Positions 35,056 through 46,413 of a stretch of DNA of 64,000 nt are shown here, one piece after another. Under the pieces are notes generated by a model. It saw nothing but the letters and a program-made list of their open reading frames with translations, was not told where the DNA came from and did not search any database. How positions within the stretch are numbered: the stretch's first letter is position 1; each line of letters starts with the position of its first letter. The DNA lies in contig JAAPAO010000127.1 of NCBI GenBank assembly GCA_013115145.1, positions 1 through 64,000 on the forward strand, read 5' to 3'. This DNA is from Perkinsus chesapeaki ATCC PRA-425. Its lineage: Eukaryota > Protista > Perkinsozoa. A program made the position numbers and the translations under genes.

Positions 35056-35583
35056 CTATTCAACACGTTTGACCTCAAACCTTGGGCCGTCTTGAAACTC
35101 TACAAAGTACTTCTTGCCATCCTGGAAGAAGTCGAAGTAGCCGGGGCTCAGACCAGTATACTTGTGTAGCTTAGTGGTGCAAGTCTTCACCAAAGTACAA
35201 CGAGTTCGCACGGTGATCTGGCACTCCGCCGGTTGACAGAAAAACATGCCCTTCTTCGTCTGGAAGATCAAGTCCATCATATACGCAGTTTCTGCCTCTG
35301 CTTCCTGTGGCACATTCATATGGATCGTATTCCCGGAAAAGTCGCCTGTGTAAACGCCAGCAGGTATGTACCATGGTGAAGGGCATCCCAGAATACAAGA
35401 TGCTACAAACCATATAGCAAACCATACCGTAAGCTTTCTGGCGCTCAATGTAGAGTATGTTCTTAGGGCCCTCTGGGCCTTACCATAGTTGCCGTTGCAC
35501 TCGTGGAGTTCAGGGGAAGTGGGAGAGGAAGGCATGAATGAAGGGTATACAAACCTAGTGAGATTGCTCTGAACAAGTCTCAT
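35056..35583 (-). CDS. Small secreted/membrane protein family, copy 4
   Basis: MPSSPTSPELHE..LTVWFAIWFVASCILGC..AGVYTGDFSGNTIHMNVP..GPRFEVKRVE. Confidence 0.75.
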   Translation of the reverse strand: MRLVQSNLTRFVYPSFMPSSPTSPELHECNGNYGKAQRALRTYSTLSARKLTVWFAIWFVASCILGCPSPWYIPAGVYTGDFSGNTIHMNVPQEAEAETAYMMDLIFQTKKGMFFCQPAECQITVRTRCTLVKTCTTKLHKYTGLSPGYFDFFQDGKKYFVEFQDGPRFEVKRVE

Positions 35584-35776
35584 CGATTGAGTCTATCTAC
35601 ACCGGTAACGCCCAATAGCGAATGGTCAATTACTTGCTTTTGCAGCAACTGTACGTATACATGTCACGGTCATTTTGCACGGGCTGTGAAGAAGCACCAA
35701 TCGAAGGGGCCTTGTTTGGTAGAACTCCTGACACTCCAGCTGTTACTCGAGTACAGCTCATTCGAGGACGTTTGTT

Positions 35777-38415
35777 TTGCCGCTAACCTCTCGCTCCACA
35801 CAACAACTGTGGCTGAATGGCCTGGTATCTCATTTTCAACGGGATACTGCCAGACAATCGGGCCGTAGAGGTTCTGGCAACGGAATGGTGGTGTTGATAC
35901 TTATCATGAGCATGGTGCTGTATCTGTGGAGAATGATACAAGATGTACGATCTCGTTCCGATCAGCGAATTGACTTGTATAGGCCTAATTATAATGATCG
36001 TGTTCATGAGTCACGGACCCGCATGTATGATGATGCTACGAAGCGCTGTGAGGAAGCTCAACTTCCTCCAGGTGGACCATATTCTGGTCGAAAAGACCAG
36101 AGATCCATCCTTAGTTTTATTCAGGAAGTGGAGCGAGTCCCAGCCTGGGACCTTGGTTATGGAGTTAGCCCTGCGTTCTTCCAAGGAGCGTATTTGGAAC
36201 GCTGTCTGAATGCCAATATTCGAGAGATTGTTATTAATACTGTGGATAAGCAACTTAAGGATGAAGGTTATCGAGGGTATGAAAAGGCTATGCTACGTGC
36301 TTTTCGTATTCGTGAAGTGTTGATTGATCGGTTGATTCAAGACGTCTGTTGGTGGATCGCTGCCAGCGATTCGCTGGGAACACTTGTTCTGGGATGTGAA
36401 GAAAGAGTCGTTCGATCAATTCTATTTAAGATTTGACTATACCCGTATGGCTGTTGATGCACAACGTCGTCATCCCCTTACAATAGAAGATGTTGCTGAT
36501 AGATTATTTTCAAGCTTTGCTGATGATATCTGTGAAGATATTTTACACCAATATGGAAATTCCCCGACCCTAAATGATTTGATTGAATTTGGTAGACGTC
36601 ATAGTGATGTTCTGCTTCGTAGGGCTTCTCGACGACAGCCCCGTAATGGCACTGTGAATGCCGTGGACATTGACGATTATGATGACGAAGATGGTGATAC
36701 TGTTATGCCTGTTGATATGGCTTCGAATACTGATCGACTATTCTTAACTAATTTATCCTACACTGCTACTGAATCTGATCTGATAAATGCATTTCGAATC
36801 GAAATGCATCGAAATTTTCGATCCATTTTGAAGGTTGGTGGTGTGAAACCTATATCTCTGAGGGTATGCGAACGAACAGTATCCAGGTTCCAAAAGATAA
36901 AAAAGAAATGTTAACTCTGGCCGCAGCATTATACCCGAACCTTGGAAATAGGGATAAAGACGTCCAATTGAAGATAGCCCGCGGTTGCATCGGTATAGCT
37001 TTCTATATGTACAACATTTCCACTACGCTAGATGATACACAGGAGATGCGTGGAAAGCCTCGTGTGTTCATTCTAGTCCAGGCTGATGAACTGCGTATCG
37101 GAACTATAGAACTGAATAGGTTGATAATCAAAGAGAAGGAGAGTGATTCATTCTTAGATCCGGCGTTATTCGTTGAGATTGCACCCATTATAGCTATGTC
37201 AATAAACGCACCGTATTTGGGTGCTAAAAGAACTATAATAAAGCCGAGTGATAAACGAGTACAAATAGAAAAGAGTCATCTGGCTGCGATGTGGAGGGTT
37301 TACAATTGCCAAAGAGATCTGATTCGATTCATCACATTCAGCTATGATGTACTCGGTTCCCTAATCGAGAAATACGGATCGTTGATAGACCACACTATGG
37401 TGCTTTTTGGTGCTTTTGAATAATCGACGAGGAATTGCTGAACTTCCCATCCTGAGGAAATATAGAGAGATGAGGATGCAGTATGAGCCTCAGGAGAGGC
37501 CATTCGCCGCGTTGATCAACCGCGAAATTATTCCCACTGGCTCCTGGCACCGCGAGGCGCCGTTTTTGAGCCGTTTGATATGGTTTTTCAGCGCCCTCAG
37601 CAGTGACGATTTTGCGATGTTTGCGGGTGGTGAAAATGAAGAGGCAGACCTATGCTAGGAGCAGATCAGCTCCTGTGCTCCCAGCCAGAGGGACCGCTTT
37701 TTCGGCTGTCGGACAGCCGAAAGGAGAAAAAGCGGTAATAACAGTGGCTTGTTGTAGCACTGATTGCATCATCTGACCATTCATAATCAGCATTTCTGCT
37801 CCGGACGCGTACCACGATCGGCAGGATAGCTGATTTAATGATTTGATGTGTTCCCTATGTTGTCAGCTTCGGCGAAAGCCCCCCGAGCGGGAGAAGGGAT
37901 CAATTGATGTTGATCATGTTTCTAATGATGATGGTAGTACCCGTGCTCGGCTCACTTTACCGTGGCTGAGTGCTGAAAGACCCCGTTCCTCCACTTTAGG
38001 GCTGTCCCGCAAGGCAGCTATTGCTAGGGATCAAGCTACGTGTCGACGGTTGAAGAACATGGGTGGGTCGTGATATAGTGATATGTGTAAGGAGCTGGAT
38101 AAGCTGGTGAAGTAAGGTGGTTCACGAAACATCGTCGTGGGACTCGAAAGATGTCCCCATGATGTCATTCAGGGTATCCATTCTCTTTTTCGTACTGTCC
38201 CTCATCCACAACCACGTTTTGTAGATTTACGTAAAGGTTTAGCAGTTTTTCGTGATGCTGCTGGTAATGGTTGTATATGTGCTGACGTTCGTGGCATTAA
38301 GAATGGTCGCCGTCTTGTTGCTCGTCAGGCTACTTTGAATCCTAATTGGACAATTCCCCGTTTGGAGCTGTGTTCGGAACACAGTGTTCCATACTACTTG
38401 GATACGGTCTTCTAA
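35777..38415 (+). mobile_element. Degenerate Bel/Pao-like LTR retrotransposon remnant (gag-like 5' part, pol fragments)
   Basis: LVARQATLNPNWTIPRLELC matches the Pao RNase H TIPRLEL motif; RLTLPWL..KAAIARDQATCRRLKN resembles the Pao pre-RT region; frameshifted gag-like ORFs 35777-36436 and 36384-36914; no LTRs or intact RT seen. Confidence 0.6.
36720..37423 (+). CDS. RRM-like gene fragment embedded in the retroelement remnant
   Basis: DRLFLTNLSYTATESDLINAF is a typical RNP2 start; later GIAFYMY is RNP1-like. Confidence 0.45.
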
Positions 38416-39150
38416 AGAAGGTTTTGGACCAGAAGGATGCGCTTATAAGTTAGAATTACGAGATTGGTCCTATATGGCTTCTAAGCGACTCTCAGTAGAA
38501 TGCGTCGGTTCTGCGCGCGCTAAAAACTTCGCGCGCCAAGATATCAATTGTTAGTCATGAAACGGTTGATAGTTTCAGTGTCACGTTTTTTATTCTTGTT
38601 ATAGTACTCATGTTTAAAATTTCACTCTTTAACACTCAATATTGAGTGACAAATCGATAAGAAACGAAATATTCTATTTCATTGCGTGGTACATCACCTC
38701 CATTCGTGGCTAGCAATGACTGCAATGTAGGAGCAGCTCCCCACCACCTTAAGACTGCCCACCGCCAAATGGGAAACGTGGTTGCTGTAGTAGCCTTATT
38801 CAGCGGGATGCCTACGAGAGCGTCCCGAGCAATTTTGCAGCACTCCCGGACCGTCTTTCGCTTTAGGGGCCCTAGCCGACACTCTGGAGTAACTCCAATA
38901 TATGATGGCACGTACAGCCCTACTGAGAGCATCCCAACAATGATATGCTTCCGCGTTGGCGTCCGTGATGCCATATTGACCAACTCAACCCGTCAGCCCT
39001 TCCGCGAAGCAATGGTTTATAATTGTGACAGTATAAACTTAAAGCGTTGCTATCATTCAGATGGGCAATGCGGTCATATGAACTTTTCAACGGCGGTAAA
39101 ATATATACCTAATACGAGATTCCTCTTGACCTGCCACAACACCCCCTCCC

Positions 39151-39890
39151 CTACATTAACATGAACATCGCCACTACAAAGAGGGCTAAATATATCATCG
39201 ATCTTCCGCTACCACTATCCATCATATTTTGAAGCTTGGACATGGTCCCCTTTAACATCTGAAAGAGAGACTACTTTCAGTCATTGAACAAACGAATCAA
39301 TGTTAAGGTATACAAGTAAAGAAACGAGATGATTCCTTAAATGAGGATGCATGAGGCATTTCATGGTCGCTTTTTGATGGCCCTACTGAGACCCCTGCCG
39401 TCCAACCACACTAACATCTCCTCTCTGGGGTATTTCACTAATGTCGATATCCACGACTGCGCCAAAGGAAGCTTGTCGCAATTCCGTATTCCAGTTCCTC
39501 CATTCCGGTCTTCGCTATTTCTAACCTCCACCCATCTGCTTTCCCCCAACTCTATTACATCTCCAGCCTTGTCAAATTGTCCTCCCATGCCACTAAGTAT
39601 ATTATTAGATTCTCTCGCCTCCCGACCGATACCATGCGCCACTTCCTTCACAGCTCGCACTCGAGCATCTAACTCATCAAGATACTCATCGTTTTGCTGC
39701 TCTAGAACTTGAGCGCTTGCCCCGTTGCCACCCTGACCGCCGTGAATCTCGCACTTTTAATAAAACAAAATGGCTCACTCGAGGTTGCATTTCACGACTG
39801 CTGGAATAACGGTTCCCGAAAAGTGCGGCGCGCTGGTCAACTTCGAACCTAAAACCAGGATACCCTCGATAATGCGACCCTCACCATATC
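39151..39890 (-). CDS. BET1: BET1-like Qc-SNARE (5' end approximate)
   Basis: DQRAALFGNR..VLEQQNDEYLDELDARVRAVKEVAHGIGREARESNNILSGMGGQFDKAGD | MLKGTMSKLQNMMDSGSGRSMIYLALFVVAMFMLM*, joined across intron 39259-39558; SNARE helix plus C-terminal TM. Confidence 0.8.
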
Positions 39891-40439
39891 CAGCTCCATC
39901 CTAACGATCCTGACTTCAATGCTTCGATCAGGGTGTCTTCTAGACTTGAAGTATAGTGTTTGTCGGGAAAGAAAGGAGGTCAAACAGTGTGAAGATACAA
40001 CCCGGCAAAAAGGAGACCGAAAGGAAACGTCAAATTCATTTCTTCTAGGTAGCCAAGCATCTCATATCTCCATCACTCGAGCGTTACAATGAGAAATAAT
40101 CATCTGTGATGTTTATTATATTACCAAGTTGGTAATACGAACAACATGACAACAGCTATTCTGTTTAATATTATTGGCGGGTGTCCGTAACCGGGGTGAA
40201 GTAGATACTTGGAAACCAGTATTACACGAATGCTATAATAACTGCATTGATAATAGTAAAATCATTCTACACTAAGCTCATGTGTAGTTCGTATTATTCA
40301 TAATATCTATTATAACATAGTCGTGATCTCCTACTGTTGCCTTCTTGAGTTGCCTATAATTCCTATCAGCCCATTGTGATTCGATCTACCTGTGATTTAT
40401 ACGCTCCCTAACATCATAGGATCTACTTTGCGGCGGCGG

Positions 40440-43338
40440 TGGCTCTTGAGGTTGATACTGCCGATTCGATGCCCCCAATCCATATCGGTCACCGTAATTT
40501 GATGACATTAAAACTCAAAATCACCAACTACTACCTCTTGTTCATCTGGTCCCGAACATTATATCCGTCCGACCGACCGCCATTACGCTGGTACCCAGAC
40601 ATTGACCTCAAAAATATCTTTCCGTTTCATATCTCTCCCACCAAACTCAACACTGACTCACTGCGAACCTTTAAGTGAATAGCTCGTAAGGTAAACGTAG
40701 CTTAGGTGATTGGGGAGCGACAGAATCGATTAGCAGCATCCGCCATGGGGGAACTAATCCCCGACTCGGCGACTTTACAAATATTACTAGTGGACAGTAA
40801 CAACAATTTCAAGCTGCATACAAACATACACTTATCCTTCTTACATAGCCTCAGCATTTCTTGCGCGCCCCAAATTGCTAATAACTGCTCTTAACTTTCG
40901 CAGTGGTGACACTATTGGACTTTGATCTTTCAAAGATACTCCCACCAGAGCTATCTGACCGTTATTAGCCTCGGACATCCCGACCCATTCAACCGATGAT
41001 TCAAAATCACCATTAACGTTCACTCGAGCCTCTAAGGCACCTAAGACATGTCAAATATCAAATATAATACACACACGTGATCGCCTCCGTCCCCCCCCCC
41101 GACAGAGGCGTCAAATCTACATATTGCATTACTAAGGCGGTCCTGTATGAGATACTCGGGAGCTATCTGCATAAAGCCAACTGCTATATCCTATCACGCT
41201 GAGTTCAAGTCTATGATGAGAAAATCGCCTCCCACTTAAGCAGCACCGAAACGTCCATAAAGATACTTCTGCTCCTCCCCAGAATCTTTAACAAAAATTC
41301 TTACCAGTGCGCAAGTCAATTCGCCCTGCAGCGAAATCAGGATGCTCTTTCGTAGACGTCTCTTGCCAAAGCACATACAACTTCTCGGCATTTGATTCCT
41401 TATGGGCAATTCCAATCACTGGTCCCGGAGCTCTTAGAACTCTCTCAACAACCAGCGATGCCGATGAACCATTCAACCTGAACAACAGCACACCCCTCGC
41501 CTTCCATGAGCAAAATAGATATGTTGCCGATTCGGCAATCGCCAATAAATAATTCCAACCACGAGCGACATAGTCATTTGCCCCGAACAATATAGAATGA
41601 TTTTCCCCTATCATTTCAGTTCAAGTTTGTAGAGAGCTCCGAAGCCTGTATGTTCAACAACCGCTTACCGGTTACACGGATTAATTAACGCGGAAATGTT
41701 CTTCCAGCGCAAAAATGGTTGTAAATGCGAGTATACGACAACAGTCAGCAGCCAACATGTTTCTAGAGCAAAATACCGTGTATACATTCTGGGATCATCT
41801 CGCTCTCCTTTGAACCCCCCCCCCCCCCTGAATCGCTACAGAATCCATAGCACACAAAAGCTGTCCCCTTAGTGTACATAATTAAGCACGTTACTCTATT
41901 ATATACAACACCGGTCATCTGGAGATGGAGAATCGATGGGCAGCCGTAACTTCTTCAAAAATGAGAGTTTTGAGGTATTTTTCCCCTAGACAGTCCCGAT
42001 ATATATCTACACGGTAGGATAGGACAGTGGTTCCTCAATTCAATACAATATCAATATATACTGCCATCATGGCAAAATTATCCCAATCCTTACCTAACAA
42101 TTTGCAGCCATCCTGGGTGCTCCTTAGTAGCAACAACAGCCTGCCCACTGCCCATCATCTCCGCCTTGGTTACCGCACTCCCGGTGTTCAAGTGCAGAAC
42201 TGCCTCCTCATCATCAACACTGTTCATGCACTTCTTCAGACCACCATCAGAGAGCACCGCATATGTGGTATTGCTGGACCTGATTAATATCGGTTGCTTC
42301 TGGTTCAGTGGGAAAAGGTTAACCAATCTCGAATTCCAAAGTTGAGTCTCCAAAGGCTATTTTTGTCTACTTGTAATTTTATTTTTCCACGTGAACCTTA
42401 GAAGCTGTCAGCTTACGGCTTCGCTATTACCCCGCACTACAAGGAAAACGGTATCGCGTGAACCAAAAGCACTGTGGAGGCGAGAGATTCAACTGAGGGT
42501 GAATTCCCCACTCAAGCAACTCATGAGTGTGGCCATGTTGAGGCATAATATTATAGTATTTGCTCTATTAACGAAAGCACGTTCCCCCGATACTGATTAT
42601 TTCTTCTAAATTGAACATTGAAGCCATTGGCCTAGAAGTAAGCCACACTTCACGTGAACCTTCCATATCCCCACTTACCCAGCAACAGTGACGTCCACTA
42701 TACTCATTCCCTTGGGCACAACACAATCTATGTCCCCTCTCAACTCGGGCGAATATATGCCGCCCTAAGTGGCACGAAAACAATAGACGTGATGGTAAAT
42801 AATAAAGCATAGAAAGTTATGTATGATGATGAATGATGGACGAAACCATACCCCCGCCGGCGAAAGAAGGCCTCATCAGGAAAATTGGAGCGCCAAGGTG
42901 TGAAGCTCTACTCGAAACCCATGTTCTCTAAACTCATAACGTCGACTATTTTTCTGAGAGGAATGACTTCTAATTGATATCAAGATGAAGCGTCCCTCAG
43001 ACGCCTAAACGTTCCTGAGGCCTTTTACGTTTATATCCACATTTATTGTCTAATCCGTCCAGGACTCGACTTAGATTTTACCACAGTTTTCGACGTCGAC
43101 AGACTTTCATCTCGACATCTCTCGCTCCCCATACCAAGCGGCCCACCTCGTTGCTGGTGAATACCAGGCCGAGCTCAGGAACGTTGCTAACACCCGATGG
43201 TCTGAAGAATGCTGGCCAGACGTTGTTATCCGGAGATGGCTCCGCGCTCGGGAAAAAGGCCGCTGAGAGCCTTCTGGTGAACTCGCCGTTACCGAAGGGA
43301 TTGGAATCAGGCCAACCTGAAGCACGAGGAGGTGCCAT
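40440..43338 (-). CDS. Hypothetical multi-exon protein (possibly beta-propeller-like; could be more than one gene)
   Basis: Series of minus-strand coding-like frames (43078-43338, 42568-42810, 42090-42353, 41288-41614, 40841-41023) with GT-AG boundaries. Confidence 0.4.
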
Positions 43339-43498
43339 GAGACATTCAATAGAGCGATGGCTGAATGCTGTAGAGATTATTATGACACTCTGATTCAGGC
43401 TTTTTCAAATAAAGCGACTTCACCCGCAATGGGATGAACGCCTGCGAGCAAAACAGGTCACATTTCACACAGCTCCAAACACGTCGAAAACAGATGTT

Positions 43499-46200
43499 CT
43501 ACCACCAACTCCGCAAACTAACTTTTCCAACACATTTCAATGAGTAGTTAATGGATTTACACTTGCTAACATTTCCCATCCTACCCCTCCTGATACCAAT
43601 TCCACAATTTTCTAAAAACATATCTATTCGCTGCTTGATGACAAAACGGTCATTGTAATTATTGTGCGCGCAAGAAACCATGGATCTCATATTTCCTAGT
43701 AAATTCAAAGAACAACAATGTACAGGCTCTCTCAAGTAGATATCCAAATTCTTTCGAGTGCGCATCGCCGCCGCCCTCCACCTACCCCAGCGGTATCCAG
43801 TAAGAACTGCGATACCATAGGCCAGTCCGAACAACCAACAGAAGCCCACTGCGACACATGCCTGGTTGAAACTGTGCCACGGTAACGTCTGAGTTTTCAA
43901 AGATGCTTTGTATGTCTCAGGTGCTTCGCCTAGAAAATAAAAATGCCCCCACCGAGGATCGAACCTGCGTCCTCCTTACCATCAATGAACTCAGGGCTCT
44001 GCAGCGACCTGGCAACCTTCTTTGCCTCTTCCTTCTGCTGCTTTTCTGCATCCTTCATCCACTCTGAACGAAATTAGCAGTTTTCTATATATATCAAAAT
44101 CCTTCCAAAAATGAGCGTTAAAACATGCGCTCAACTTCATATTTTTTCTTACCCGAAGGTGTGCCGGATTGCATCCGAGATATCTTCCTTTCAGGCTCCC
44201 CCCTATCATCCGTAATCAATCCCTCCTCCTTGCTCTTCTCGAAAGATACGCTCTTGCTCACTGAAAAATCTTCGCAGTGCGCAACCGTAAAGATTCTCAT
44301 CCCTTACATTCTGATTTCTTCTTATCATCCTGCTCGGCTTCCTCTACACTCGACTTCGCGTCCCACAAAAATGTCTGCAACGACTTAACTTGTTCCTCGA
44401 ATCCTTGAAGTACCACCGCAACCGCCTAAAATAGCACCACCGAGATCAACTTCATAAGTTTCCAACTTGATTTCTAAACAAATTCCCTTTTCAACTTTTT
44501 ATCATACTACATGTCACCACTTACACACATCTCAACATTCAACCACAATTCACACACCAAAAAGGGAGCTGAGAAAAGTTAAGTATGATTTGCCTAGAGT
44601 AGTATACATCTCAATCGATTGTGAGGCAGATCTGGTCCCAAACCCCAAACGAACTTGAAACCTCTGTTATATTTTCAGCGAGTGTCCACAGAATATAAAC
44701 TTTTTTATCATCCAATTTGGTCAAACTTCCTTCAATACTTTCTCTCTACCAAAAAATAGATCGATAATTTACAAAAATTTCGCAAAAAAATATTTCCTAA
44801 GATTTCACGCAGAAGTTCGGAGATGATGCGAAACGGCGCATTCTTACATCGGGACCATCTTCAACTCTAATCTGGTCAGCTGATAAATCCTTAGGGACAC
44901 TATAGCTAATCTCACTAGTGTGGACATTAAGGAAATATGGACGCTTCTTGTTAGTGGCATCATCTGTGAACTCTAATCTTACCCAGTGACCTGACCGGAA
45001 GAAATAATACCACATTTCCGCAAACTTTGCAGGCGACTCCATTATCAAAAGATGCGATGATGCGGATTTATGGTACACATGATCTCAATATTACTTGAAT
45101 CAATATCATAATTATACAGTAATGGAATTAATAATACCACATTTCCGCCAATTCAATATGTCGCTTCACTTGAAAATAATGCTATATATTATTAATATGT
45201 CATTACATATGGGGCATGATTGTAGCGGACGAGAGTACATCTTATAGCAATAAGATAACTAACGTTTCATAAAGATAATCAAATAAGAATCCTATTTTAT
45301 TAAATAATACCGCATTTCCGCCAATTCGTAATTACCTGGAGACTCGTCCCCACCATCATTATCATGTCTATTCGGAGCACGAACGACATCGCTGGCCTAA
45401 GCAGGAAAATAATAAAGACAAAAGACGACTGCGTTACGACTACCCCATTCACAAGCCTCTTGCGTTCGCCGACAAGCCTAGCGAGCTCCTTTCGATCGGC
45501 ATTGAAAGCCTTGCGCAACCTAAGATACACGAACTCTGCGCCTCGACCTGTTGCCTATCTTGCACGGTCAACCTCAAGATTCTCTTACTGCTTGAGACGT
45601 TTCTCCTGCTCAGGAGTGAACGAGGACTTCGTCGACATTTCCCATTCGCCCAACAGCCTCTGCAATGAATCCTCAGTGTTCCTGAAAACGAAAATCTTCA
45701 CAGCGCGCATCCTCGATATAAAAATATCCACAGCGCGCATCTTGAATTTAGAAATCCTCGCATTGTGCGTCTTCTTATACAGAAATCTTCACAGTGCGTA
45801 AAGATACTTCCCCTTCATTACCTGCAAGCCTTCTCCAATCTCTCACACGCATCAACAGCATCAGAAGCATGTTCCGCAGCGCTTTTCTAACACCAGAACT
45901 CTCCACGTCAAAAGCGCGCGCCCATCTAATCGATTTCACCTGCGTGCTGAAATGCGACGTGTCAATGCCGCTTCGTTTGAGTTCTTCTTTGGTCTTCCTA
46001 AACGTATGGGCCTGTCTGATGACCGGAGCCGCTGGCACTGCTTTAGCGACTGGGGTTTCTTCCTTGATATCCTTGCCTAAATCTTCGCCGTCAGCCTCTG
46101 AAAAAAATGGGAAAAATTCAAAGAGTTCGACGAATACGACTGGGGAATGACAAGAGTTAGTCTCATATTTATAGTAACAAATGACAAACTTATATGACAA
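43499..46200 (-). CDS. Hypothetical multi-exon protein with coiled-coil and WW-like segments and a C-terminal TM helix
   Basis: W..L......YFLNVHTSEISYSVP is WW-like; EKRLKQ|LRKAFNADRKE is coiled-coil; splicing 43930-43979 joins SPEFIDG-EAPETYK in frame with ORF 43499-43900. Confidence 0.5.
43930..43979 (-). other. 50-nt intron made of a tRNA 3' end
   Basis: GTAAGGAGGACGCAGG-TTCGATC-CTCGG-TGGGGGC-A-TTTTT-ATTTTCTAG; removal restores the reading frame. Confidence 0.8.
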
Positions 46201-46413
46201 AAACTAACGAGATTTCTCTCGGTGGTAGCTTGAAATTTCTGGGAAATTGAGCAACAGTATTGAACTGCTCAACGTTGTGGCACAGTGAATGGGTTGCTCA
46301 AAAATCCACCACAGAATCATTTCCAGCACAGAGCAATCATTTATCCGTCTTCACTAACCGATCATTTTTTATAATTTAAGCAAGCCATTATCATGAATTA
46401 TCAGGTCAATGTG

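Noticed and set aside
38636-39164. Separate gene downstream of the BET1-like SNARE
   Set aside because: Overlapping ORFs on both strands with no recognisable motif or clear splice structure
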